Part shown: one piece after another, positions 17,223 through 25,354 of the stretch | Layout of the letters: each line of letters starts with the position of its first letter | Numbering within the stretch: the first letter of the stretch is position 1 | Virus record (IMG/VR): IMGVR_UViG_3300048598_000555 | Location: 1-25,354 of that record | Source of the DNA: a virus | Lineage: Duplodnaviria > Caudoviricetes | Length of the DNA stretch: 25,354 nt | Strand: one strand, 5' to 3' | Translations under genes and position numbers: made by a program | The notes under the pieces: model-generated | The model's input: the letters and a program-made list of their open reading frames with translations, nothing else | Told to the model about the DNA's origin: nothing | The model's database searches: none

Positions 17223-17540
17223 TCATGCCGGAGCGACCACCTGCACCATGTTCGCGAGCAGCGCGTCCAAGTCCGACGCCAGCACGCCCGCGCACCGCAC
17301 GCCGCTCGGCATCTTCGCCTTGCGCAGCACGCCGCGCCGCGCCAGCAGATGCACCGTCCGCGTGGTTCGGTTGAGCCGTTTCGCCGCCTCCTCGAAAGCC
17401 ACCAGCTTGTCGGCCGGCCGCGCCGCCTCGGCCCCGTCCGTCAGCCCCAGCGTCTTCATCAGCAGTTCCCTGTCCGCGCGCGTCCGCGCCGGATCGCTGT
17501 CATAGATCGCCCTCATCGCCGTCAGTGTCGTCGTCTTCAT
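17223..17540 (-). CDS. Excisionase/AlpA-like HTH DNA-binding protein
   Basis: 'LVAFEEAAKRLNRTTRTVHLLARRGVL', AAGGAG RBS. Confidence 0.7.
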   Translation of the reverse strand: MKTTTLTAMRAIYDSDPARTRADRELLMKTLGLTDGAEAARPADKLVAFEEAAKRLNRTTRTVHLLARRGVLRKAKMPSGVRCAGVLASDLDALLANMVQVVAPA

Positions 17541-17582
17541 GTCTTCTCCTTCTCGGTTTGAACTGGCCTCGTACGGGGCCTT

Positions 17583-17621
17583 ACTTCAGCGTTGAGAGTT
17601 GGGCGTTGAACGTTGAGCGTT
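17583..17621. repeat. 39-bp heptamer-based dispersed repeat, copy 1 (others at 21894-21932 and 23395-23433)
   Basis: ACTTCRGCGTTGAGAGTTGRGCGTTGAACGTTGAGCGTT, three near-identical copies. Confidence 0.9.
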
Positions 17622-17702
17622 CTCCCCAACCCGTGATTTCCGACTCGTTCCTGAGCCCCGGCGAACCGGGGCTGGGCAAGCCCATTCTTCCTTCTTTCCC
17701 TC

Positions 17703-17943
17703 TTTCACCCCCTCCCTCGCGTACGCACGCAAAAACACGCGTACGGGTATCGCGCGGGGGGATGGGGGTGAAAGGGTGAAACATGTAGGGAGAGTAGTTG
17801 TTTGTTTCTGTATATGAACACTTTACGCTTCCAACTTCTTTCACCACTGCGGGGTGAAAGAAGGGTGAAACAGGGAGAAAGATGGCTGGTTTCGCGCTCA
17901 TCTTCTTTCACCCCCCGGTCTTGTTTCACCGGTCTCTTTCACC
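17703..17943. other. Putative replication origin with GGTGAAA iterons
   Basis: Nine GGTGAAA/TTTCACC copies in both orientations around an AT-rich spacer, at the 3' end of the primase gene. Confidence 0.6.
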
Positions 17944-20207
17944 GCACCTTCGATCAGCCGATAAGCCCGCATCGTCCGGCCGGACGTGGGCGCGGTCACG
18001 ACCTCCACATCCCCTTGCTCGCAGAGCGTGTCGATCAGCATGGCGAAACTCTTTGAGTCCAGCTTCATGCGCTTGAGCAGCACGCTGTGCGGCAGCTCGT
18101 TGCCCGGAGCGTTGCGCAGCTTCTCCACGGCCTTCAGGCACTCCGCGTGGAACGGGTTCTCCGCCACGTGCCCCGCTGCCATGAAGAGCATCCGCCGCGT
18201 CTGGTGCATCACGAACGCCGACGCCCACTCGACGGCCGCGAGTCCGATGCGTGGCGCGAGATGGTTCTCGCTCACCGCGTACAGCAGCGCCAGCTTGCGC
18301 GTCTGCTCGCTCACGCGCCCCCAGACCGTCGTGCCGACCGGATCGCCCTTGCCCTCGGCGGCCGTGTACTCGGCCTCGGCCCGCTCGCGCGTCTCGACGA
18401 GCAGCCGCCGGGCTTCGTCCGTGTGCTCGACCACCACGGGCGCGGGGTTCCAGTTCTCCAGATTTCCCGTGCCCGGCCGGAAGTCGGCCCACCACCTGGC
18501 GGTCGCCAGCACGCCCGGCGGCAGGTCCCGGATCACCGGCTCCTGACCCGTTCCGCGCGGCCCGGCCTCCAGAATGATCATTCGCGCGAAGAACCCGTTC
18601 GTGAGCATCCGCTCCGAAAGCGCCTCGTAGTAGTGGTTGGGGATCGCCGTGCCGAAGATCACCAGGTTCGGCTGGTTGATCACCCCCGGCGTCTCCTTGC
18701 CCGCCTTGCGGCGCATGGGGAACACGCTGTTGGCCGACGAGTACATCGTCAGCAGCGTGGACATCACCGCCTCGTAGCGCGCGTCCTTGGCCTTGTTGAT
18801 CGACTGCAGCATGCCGTCGATCTCGTCCGTCTGGAACAGCATGCCGGGTGTCCCGAAGAGCGCGTCCTGAATGCCCTCGCCGCTGGCGAAGCGTTCGCCG
18901 AGGCAGCCCGCCAGCCCCGCCTCATGCAGGATGCGCGTGTTGACCTTGCGCGGCCAGTCCTTGCCCGACGCCGAATGCGCCAGCCCGAGCAGATACAGGT
19001 TCGTGCGGTTGTCGCCCGAGTCGCGCACCTTGCGCCCGGCCAGAAACGCCTGCAGCGCGAGCGCCCCGGCGAACGCCATCACGGGGTTCGGATAGGGGGC
19101 CGTGGCCAGACAGAAATCCATGACTTCGCCCACGAAGCCCGGCACGCGCAGCAGCCCGTCGGGTATCGGTCCGGGGTCCGGCGCGTCGGGCGCGCGCACC
19201 GCCGACGGCGGCCGGCACGCCTCCACCAGCGCAGAAATGTCCGCGCCGCACCCGGCGGGCCCCGCGTCGCCGTATCCCTCGCGCCGCAACTCCGCCGCCG
19301 CCCGCTCGTAGTCGCCGCCGTGCGTCAGCAGCGCGTACACCGAGAACGGCGAATACGCCCGGTTCGCCTCGAACGGCGCGGCGTTCGCGCTGAACACGTA
19401 GAACACCCGGTCCTTTAGCGTGGCCGACCATCCCGCGCTCTTGCCCGGCCGTCGCCAGTATTCGTTCTCGCCCTCGCGCGCCCGCACCCATCCGGCCTTT
19501 TCAAGCACCGCCCGCATATCCCCGCGCCGTTTGAAATCATCCCCGGGCCGCTCGCCCTGTGCTGCGCCTCGTGGAACAGGCGTCCCCGCCTGTTCGTTCC
19601 CCGCGCACCGTGTCCCGTCCACCGGCTCCGGCACATACTCGTTCAGCTCCCATGCGGCCGAAAGCAGCGCGTCCCGTTCCGCCTCGGTCAGCAGGGGAGG
19701 GGACTTCAAGTCGCCCTGCACCGTCTCATACCCCGCCGTCGGCGCGCACAGGAACAGCCCGCCTTCGCCGCGCGTTTCGATCAGCGTCACGGTCTTTTCG
19801 TCGTCCCGCCGCTGCGCCAGCTTCATGTTGCCGCACACCGTCGCTTCGCACCGGTAGAACACGTGCCGACCGCCGCGCTGGGTCGTCTCGACCGCCAGCC
19901 GCGCCATCAGCGCGGGCTCGATCCGCCCCGCCCATGCCCCGAACAGCTCGCCGCCCGCGTCGAAATCGATCATCTCCGCGTTTCCGGACACCGCCCCGCA
20001 CACGATGCACACCGCGTCCGGCCCGTTGGCGAACCACGCCGACAGCTCCGCCGCCGTGGGCAGCCGCTCGCGAAAGCGCTTCCACCGGCCGACCGCCGGC
20101 CGCTTCTCGGCCCGGCTCGCGGGCAGCGCGCACAGCCCGGCGGCCAGATATCCGGCCGCCGCGCCGTGAAGTGTCCCGCTTCCGTGTCTGTCAGAAGGGC
20201 AGGTCAT
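17898..20207 (-). CDS. Bifunctional DNA primase/polymerase fused to a DUF3987 helicase-like domain
   Basis: N-terminal Prim-Pol motifs ('LCALPA...KRP', 'MIDFD', 'TQRGGRHVFYR', 'IETRGEGG'); C-terminal P-loop-like 'AHSASGKD' and 'QTDEID'. Start codon uncertain. Confidence 0.85.
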   Translation of the reverse strand: MTCPSDRHGSGTLHGAAAGYLAAGLCALPASRAEKRPAVGRWKRFRERLPTAAELSAWFANGPDAVCIVCGAVSGNAEMIDFDAGGELFGAWAGRIEPALMARLAVETTQRGGRHVFYRCEATVCGNMKLAQRRDDEKTVTLIETRGEGGLFLCAPTAGYETVQGDLKSPPLLTEAERDALLSAAWELNEYVPEPVDGTRCAGNEQAGTPVPRGAAQGERPGDDFKRRGDMRAVLEKAGWVRAREGENEYWRRPGKSAGWSATLKDRVFYVFSANAAPFEANRAYSPFSVYALLTHGGDYERAAAELRREGYGDAGPAGCGADISALVEACRPPSAVRAPDAPDPGPIPDGLLRVPGFVGEVMDFCLATAPYPNPVMAFAGALALQAFLAGRKVRDSGDNRTNLYLLGLAHSASGKDWPRKVNTRILHEAGLAGCLGERFASGEGIQDALFGTPGMLFQTDEIDGMLQSINKAKDARYEAVMSTLLTMYSSANSVFPMRRKAGKETPGVINQPNLVIFGTAIPNHYYEALSERMLTNGFFARMIILEAGPRGTGQEPVIRDLPPGVLATARWWADFRPGTGNLENWNPAPVVVEHTDEARRLLVETRERAEAEYTAAEGKGDPVGTTVWGRVSEQTRKLALLYAVSENHLAPRIGLAAVEWASAFVMHQTRRMLFMAAGHVAENPFHAECLKAVEKLRNAPGNELPHSVLLKRMKLDSKSFAMLIDTLCEQGDVEVVTAPTSGRTMRAYRLIEGAVKETGETRPGGERR

Positions 20208-21882
20208 CGTCCTCCGGTCCCGCGTACGCCGGCAGCGTGCCGTCATCGACTTCGTCGCTTCCGTCCAGGCGCGGCGGGATCACGCCCAACTTGTGCTTCG
20301 TGATGCGCTCGTACTTCTCGCCCGACACCGACCGCACCGTGATCGACACCGGTTCGGCCGCGCCGCCCGCCTCGCAGATCCGCACGGCCTCTTCGCAGCT
20401 CTTGGGGAAAGGCTCGCGCGAACGCGCCTGCCACCAAGCCACGGCTTTGCCGCGCGCGTAGCCGATATGCTCAATGCAGACCCACTCGCTCTTGTACGTG
20501 TGGGATCCCACCCGGTAGTCGACCCGCATCGTGGGCGGGTGCCCCTCGGGCGCGTCGCGCTTGACATGCACGCCGTAATAGACGCCCGTCACCTCGTGCT
20601 CGGTCTCCGTGACCTCGCCCGACAGCACGCTCGCCGTTGACGCCTCGCGCTCATGCTGTTCGCGCTGGGGCTGCGGGAATTCGTAACCGCAGTCCGGGCA
20701 GACCGAATAGGCCGCGTGGATCACCGCCCGGCACTGCGGGCACTCCTTGGCGGGCGCTTCCCCGCTGCCGCCTGACGAACGATCCCTGATCTCCAGCGCG
20801 TCCACCGGCCCGTGACGAAGGATGTTGCCGCCGAAGTCCAGTACCAGGCAGTTCTCCTTGGACGGGTGCAGCCTGAAGCCCCGGCCGACCATCTGGTAAT
20901 AAAGCCCCGGTGAGTTCGTCGGCCGCAGCAGCGCCACGCAGTCGATGTTCGGCGCGTCGAACCCCGTGGTCAGCACGTTGACGTTGACCAGGCAACGGAG
21001 CGCGCCCTCCTTGAACCGCTTCAGCGTTTCGGTGCGCTCGCTCTGCGGCGTGTCGCCGCAGACGAATCCGCACGCAAACCCCGCCTCGCCCAGCACGCGC
21101 CGCACATGCAGCGCGTGCTGCACCCCCGCCGCGAAGATCAGAACCGAGTGCCGGTCCCACACGTGCTCGGCGATCTCGCCGCAGGCCGACCGCACCAGCC
21201 CGTCATCGTCCATCAGGCTCTCGACCTCGCCCGCGACAAACTCGCCGCCCCGCAGGTGCAGCCCCGCCGTGTCGGCCTTGCGCTGTCCTGCCTTGGTCTT
21301 CAGCGGACACAGGTAGCCCTGCGCCATCAGCTCGCGCACCCCGACCTCGTAGCAGACGTGGTTCAGCAGGTTCTCCGGCCCGCAAATCATGCCCGAACTC
21401 ATGCGGTAGGGGGTGGCGGTCAGTCCGACCAGCCGCACGTTCGGATTCACTGTGCGCGCCTCCGCCAGAAACGTGCGGTACATCCCCTCGCCGTCGGGCG
21501 GTAGCATGTGCGCCTCATCGATCAGAATCAGGTCGAATCGGTCCAGCTCCGCCGCGCGGCGGTACACGCTCTGGATCCCCGCCACGATGATCGGCTTGTC
21601 CGTGTCGCGGCTCTTGAGCCCCGCCGAGTAGACCCCGATCCTGTACCACAGGTCCGGGGCCGTCGCGTGGAGCTTCTCCACCGACTGTTCCAGCAGTTCC
21701 CTGACGTGCGCCAGAATCAGTACGCGCCCGTTCCACTGCTGGACAGCGTCGCGGCAGATCGTCGCCATCACCGGCGTTTTGCCGCCTGCCGTCGGGATGA
21801 CAACACACGGGTTGTCATCCCGACGGCGCAGGTGCCCATACACGGCCTCCACCGCCTCTTTCTGGTATCCTCTCAGTTCCAT
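20191..21882 (-). CDS. SF2 DEAD/DEAH-box helicase with C-terminal Zn ribbon
   Basis: 'LRGYQ', 'PTAGGKT', 'DEAH', 'TAT', 'LTTGFD', 'QMVGRGFR' and CxxC...CxxC. Confidence 0.93.
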   Translation of the reverse strand: MELRGYQKEAVEAVYGHLRRRDDNPCVVIPTAGGKTPVMATICRDAVQQWNGRVLILAHVRELLEQSVEKLHATAPDLWYRIGVYSAGLKSRDTDKPIIVAGIQSVYRRAAELDRFDLILIDEAHMLPPDGEGMYRTFLAEARTVNPNVRLVGLTATPYRMSSGMICGPENLLNHVCYEVGVRELMAQGYLCPLKTKAGQRKADTAGLHLRGGEFVAGEVESLMDDDGLVRSACGEIAEHVWDRHSVLIFAAGVQHALHVRRVLGEAGFACGFVCGDTPQSERTETLKRFKEGALRCLVNVNVLTTGFDAPNIDCVALLRPTNSPGLYYQMVGRGFRLHPSKENCLVLDFGGNILRHGPVDALEIRDRSSGGSGEAPAKECPQCRAVIHAAYSVCPDCGYEFPQPQREQHEREASTASVLSGEVTETEHEVTGVYYGVHVKRDAPEGHPPTMRVDYRVGSHTYKSEWVCIEHIGYARGKAVAWWQARSREPFPKSCEEAVRICEAGGAAEPVSITVRSVSGEKYERITKHKLGVIPPRLDGSDEVDDGTLPAYAGPEDDDLPF

Positions 21883-22038
21883 TCGTCTTATCCACTTCAG
21901 CGTTGAGAGTTGAGCGTTGAACGTTGAGCGTTTCATCCCATCCGTCCCCCGTCTCCACTTGCGCGTCGCGTCCCGAGCGTCCCTTTTTCTCAGCGTCTCC
22001 GCGCCTCCGCGTGAGACATACCCGGTCCATGCCTCTCC

Positions 22039-22494
22039 TCACCGCCGCCATGGCGGCGTGTTGTCCGTCACCGGCGCGGTCTGCGCCTGCCCGGCGGACG
22101 CCTTCCGCTCGTAGCCCCGAATCTCGTTCGTCAGTTCGCCCGAGTCCTCGCGCTTGCGCAACTTCACGGCGATCACCAGCGGGATGTTGTGCAGCTCCAC
22201 GCTGTCGCGCGGCTGCATCACGCCCACCGCGTGGCAGACGGCGGACAGCTCCGACCGCGCGATCTTCACCGCCGTCGCGTTCGAGTTGTTCAGATTGAGC
22301 CGCGCCCACAGTACGCGGTTCTTGTATTCGCCCTCGGTGATCGTGAACGTGAGCTGCAGGTAGCTGCCGCCGCCGTTCTTCGTGGGCTTCATCTCGCTCT
22401 CCGTAATTGCCGCCGGGTACTTGCCCGCCGGGATCGGCTCGAAATTGCCGGTCGGCTCCACATCGTTCGCGTTGAATCCGTTCAGGTTTGCCAT
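22039..22494 (-). CDS. DUF669-family protein (putative phage single-stranded DNA-binding protein)
   Basis: 'FNANDVEP...FEPIPAGKY...YLQLTFTI...NEIRGY...PPW'; own AAGGAG RBS. Confidence 0.85.
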   Translation of the reverse strand: MANLNGFNANDVEPTGNFEPIPAGKYPAAITESEMKPTKNGGGSYLQLTFTITEGEYKNRVLWARLNLNNSNATAVKIARSELSAVCHAVGVMQPRDSVELHNIPLVIAVKLRKREDSGELTNEIRGYERKASAGQAQTAPVTDNTPPWRR

Positions 22495-22499
22495 GACTC

Positions 22500-23313
22500 T
22501 TACTCCTTGTTGGTGTTTACTGTTTCGTTGCCCTGCGCCGCGTCGGCGGGCAGGCCTGCGGCCAGCGCTTGCATCAGCGCCGGCCACGAGAGGGGAAGTT
22601 CGGGCGGCAGGCCGTAGCGGTTCTTCGCCACGCAGGCCGGGCTCCCGACCGTGCGCAGGACGCGCTCGCCGCCGTCCTTGCCGAGTCCGGCGGCGATGGT
22701 GCGCTCGCGTCCGAAGCCGCCCTCCTCGGTCTTGGTGATGATCCGACGCGTGGCGAAGAGCACCGCGTCCGCCCACTCCGTCAGCAGCGCCGTCACATGC
22801 TTGTGCAGGCGCGGCGAATAGCGGTCGTAGGCGCTCGCTCGCCTCCGGGTCTTCAAACTTCTCGACCCGCGCGTGAGCCAGCAGGATCACGCACATCCCG
22901 CGCTGGTTGCGTAGCGCGTTCAGGTCGCCGAGCAGCCGGCGCCAGAACGTCAGCGCGTGGACGTAGCCCTTGCCGTAGCCGCCGTCCACCTTCTCGATGC
23001 TGCCCACGCCGTACTGCTCGCACAGCGCATCCCACACGAGCCGCTCCAGCCAGTCCGCCGAGTCGACCACGACCGTCCCGAAATCGTGTTTCTCCTGGAT
23101 CAGCGTGCGCAGCGCCGCGTCGACATCCGCCAGACGCGTCGCCAGCGGAAAGCTCGCGCACGCGATCTGGTCCAGCCCGTCCTCCGTCTGAATGAAGATC
23201 GGCTTCGGCGCGGCCGCCGCCAGCGTCGATTTCCCGATGCCCTCTGTCCCGTAGACCAAAAGCCGCGGCGGCGTGTGCCTCCGCCCTTGGTGAATCTGTT
23301 CCATCAGTGTCAT
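22500..23313 (-). pseudogene. AAA_24 / Sak4-like ATPase, frameshifted by a 4-bp duplication
   Basis: 'YGTEGIGKST' and 'VVVDSADWLE' in one frame, 'AYDRYSPRLHK...EWADAVLFA...AKNRY' in another; GCTCGCTC at 22833-22840. Confidence 0.85.
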
Positions 23314-23459
23314 CTCATCTCTCCTTTTTTTTATTAAAAATCCCGCGCGTCGAGCGTCGTGAGTCGAGCGTCCTCTGTTCCCATCCGTCTTTTTACTTCG
23401 GCGTTGAGAGTTGAGCGTTGAACGTTGAGCGTTTCTCTCCGCCTATTACTTCTTCCCTC

Positions 23460-24320
23460 TTACATAGCGTCCAGCACCCTTATTTCCTCAAACCCCGTCG
23501 GCCACTCGCCGCTCTCGCGGCACGCCAGTAGCCGCCGGATCGCCGCCTCGTTCTCGCGTTGCGCCTGGGCGAGCGTCTCGTCGCTCACGCGCCAAACCCC
23601 ACAGCGGAACGGTTCTTTCTTCTCCACCGCGATCAGATGCACCGGTACCCGTTCCACTCCGTTCCCTTTTACGCTCTCCATTGCGACCTCTTTGTGGTCG
23701 CAATAACCCCCGGCCGCCAGCGCCAGCACCGCCCTGTAGAACGCCATCTGCCGGTGATACCCGTAGCGCCGCGCGTCCGCCTCGAACCACGTCAGGTCGT
23801 CGCACGTCTTGAGGTCCACGATGCCCCGGTGCGGATGCAGCCAGTCGATGCGGATCTGGCAGGGGGTGCCGCAGTACTCGGCCCGCGCCACGCCTTCGGC
23901 GTGGCCGTAGAGCAACAGCGCCACCGCCTCGTCATTCATCCCCGCGCCGGCCGCCATCTGCTCGACCATCTCGACCTGCTCCTGTGAGAGCACGGGCTTG
24001 CCTTGCGCCTCGGCCCACTCGGCGAAGGCCTTCGTGCCCGCGCCGAACGGCTTCCCGGTCTTCTCGTTGATCGGCCCGCCCAGCGCGAAAGACTCCTCGT
24101 AAACGTCGCGCCCTTCGAGGATGCGCACATGCGCGGCGCGTCCAACGAGGTAACTGGCCGAGTCGGTGTCCTTGATCAGGCCTGCCGACTTCTTGCGGTG
24201 AAGCCACGGGCACCGCATGAAATCCAGAAGCTGGTGGCTGCTCAAATACCGGTCCCGCTTCGCGTGGTATTCTTCGGCCGGTTCGCACTCGAGAATGTTC
24301 AGACAGGGGGTGAAGTCCAT
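23460..24320 (-). CDS. PD-(D/E)XK exonuclease, RecE/DUF3799-like
   Basis: 'EEYHA...LSSHQL', 'GRAAH', 'RIDWL', 'IVDLKT', 'YGYHRQMAFY', 'IAVEKKEP'. Confidence 0.85.
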   Translation of the reverse strand: MDFTPCLNILECEPAEEYHAKRDRYLSSHQLLDFMRCPWLHRKKSAGLIKDTDSASYLVGRAAHVRILEGRDVYEESFALGGPINEKTGKPFGAGTKAFAEWAEAQGKPVLSQEQVEMVEQMAAGAGMNDEAVALLLYGHAEGVARAEYCGTPCQIRIDWLHPHRGIVDLKTCDDLTWFEADARRYGYHRQMAFYRAVLALAAGGYCDHKEVAMESVKGNGVERVPVHLIAVEKKEPFRCGVWRVSDETLAQAQRENEAAIRRLLACRESGEWPTGFEEIRVLDAM

Positions 24321-24540
24321 TGCGCGTCTCCATGTTCGTTGTTGTTTCAGAAGGGTGGGGGGCCTTGTTCCCCGAGCGTCGAGTGTCGAGCGTTTCCCTC
24401 TTCACTAACGCACTTCCGCACTCGCTCACTTCTTCCTCCATTCCCTTCCACGCCTGAAGCTTCCCACACCGCGCCCCTCGCCGCATGGAACCGTCAATGG
24501 ATTCCGATGGATTCCAGTGGAATGGGATTGCCTGGGAAAT

Positions 24541-24577
24541 AAAAAAGGCCTCCGGGAACTTGTCCCGGAAGCCTTTT
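24541..24577 (-). terminator. Rho-independent terminator, possibly bidirectional
   Basis: AAAAAAGGCCTCCGGGA-ACTTG-TCCCGGAAGCCTTTT. Confidence 0.75.
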
Positions 24578-24679
24578 CATCATCCTTTGTCCGCGCTTGG
24601 CAGTCTGTCTGTAAAACCAAAACGGCTTACATCATGTAAATCATGAAATCCTGTCTAAGAAATTCGCTGTCCATCGCGC

Positions 24680-25354
24680 CTAGATCCTCAGCCTGTAGAT
24701 TCCCGCCCCCAGATTCACCGTGTCGAACAGCAGGTCGAAATCCTCTTTTCCAAGCCCTCTGAACAGATCCTCCCTCAGCCGGTCGGAATTCCAGCCCTTG
24801 CCATCCATTTCATCGCCGAACTGCGCGTTGAACGCCTCCCGCATCTCCTCCACATGAAACTCACCCTTCCCTGACCGTTCCCGCACGAACCGCAGAAACG
24901 CCCGCGCCTTCGGTTTCCTCGACAGATCGACCTCCCGCATCCCGATCCGGATCATTTTATAGTCCGGACTCACCCGCACTGCGTCCCCGTCACGCACGGC
25001 GTCACACCCATGCTGTATCCGCCCTTCCGCGCTGCGGAGCGCCAGCGCAGCGAGCCTCTCCTCGCTCATCCTCCACAGTTGCACATCCTCCACCGTCAGC
25101 CGCAACCACGGCGCATCCTCACTCTCTTCGCCGCCGTCATACGGTATCCCCAGCCAGATGTCCCCATGCAGCCACACCTCATATCGCGGGCCACCTTTCT
25201 CATCATCCGGATACGATCCCGTCACGCGTCCCCGAACGATCTCAAGAAACGGCTCGACCCTCCCGTAGTCTTCGCCGAGAAGAAGCTTCCAGTCCGCCTT
25301 GCAGTGCGCCGCATCCGGCGGCGACCACCTCACAAACCACTCAATCCCGACCAT
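24680..25354 (-). CDS. Hypothetical protein with possible C-terminal winged-helix DNA-binding domain; may be 5'-truncated by the window
   Basis: 224 aa ORF ending in a helix-helix-wing-like pattern ('GIYRLRI'); begins at the window edge. Confidence 0.5.
   Translation of the reverse strand: MVGIEWFVRWSPPDAAHCKADWKLLLGEDYGRVEPFLEIVRGRVTGSYPDDEKGGPRYEVWLHGDIWLGIPYDGGEESEDAPWLRLTVEDVQLWRMSEERLAALALRSAEGRIQHGCDAVRDGDAVRVSPDYKMIRIGMREVDLSRKPKARAFLRFVRERSGKGEFHVEEMREAFNAQFGDEMDGKGWNSDRLREDLFRGLGKEDFDLLFDTVNLGAGIYRLRI

Larger units (their letters stand above)
1..25354 (-). mobile_element. Prophage or phage-like element (replication module plus terminase and Mu-like head module); boundaries lie outside the window
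   Basis: Co-oriented terminase, portal, protease and capsid genes plus helicase, primase and recombination genes. No host housekeeping genes, integrase or att site seen. Confidence 0.9.

Noticed and set aside
17581-17901. 106-aa ORF downstream of the primase gene
   Set aside because: Runs across the iterons and the 39-bp repeat, so it is more likely non-coding origin DNA, although its start overlaps the primase stop and it cannot be fully excluded
22039-23313. 424-aa AAA-DUF669 fusion as a genuine novel protein
   Set aside because: The middle part is an out-of-frame read of the ATPase C-half, and DUF669 has its own RBS and start
1-25354. Transposable Mu-like phage or diversity-generating retroelement
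   Set aside because: Only the head genes are Mu-like. No transposase or MuB is seen, replication is primase/helicase based, and there is no reverse transcriptase or adenine-specific TR/VR pair.

Overview
The window is a GC-rich prophage or phage-like element, almost all on the minus strand. In transcription order (right to left) it holds: a putative regulator; a recombination/replication module (PD-(D/E)XK exonuclease, AAA_24 ATPase broken by a 4-bp duplication, DUF669, SF2 helicase, primase-polymerase/DUF3987) followed by an iteron-like origin; HTH, resolvase and Zn-finger/sigma-region-4 regulator genes; an oppositely oriented accessory operon (PRTase-like, RadC/JAB, small ORF, DUF2958-like); a ~3 kb non-coding, hairpin- and repeat-rich region; terS and terL; a Mu-like head module (DUF935 portal, protease, scaffold, two decoration paralogs, major capsid, possible adaptor); and small membrane/lipoprotein genes. 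Two AT-richer morons interrupt the head module: a DUF3800 gene ending in an attC-like remnant, and a repeat-containing lipoprotein. No integrase, tail genes or endolysin are visible. The most novel signals are non-coding. (i) A GTTGATT-N4-GC-N8/9-GAGG motif precedes four late genes and usually overlaps a hairpin that hides the RBS. (ii) Five compound hairpins with covarying stems and a conserved GCCGC-loop-GCGGC tip lie upstream of terS. (iii) ~320-bp degenerate repeats precede the counter-oriented operon. (iv) A duplicated structured leader precedes the resolvase and the regulator genes. (v) Many 7-9 nt microrepeat tracts sit at gene junctions. All family calls come from recognising motifs by eye; no searches were run.
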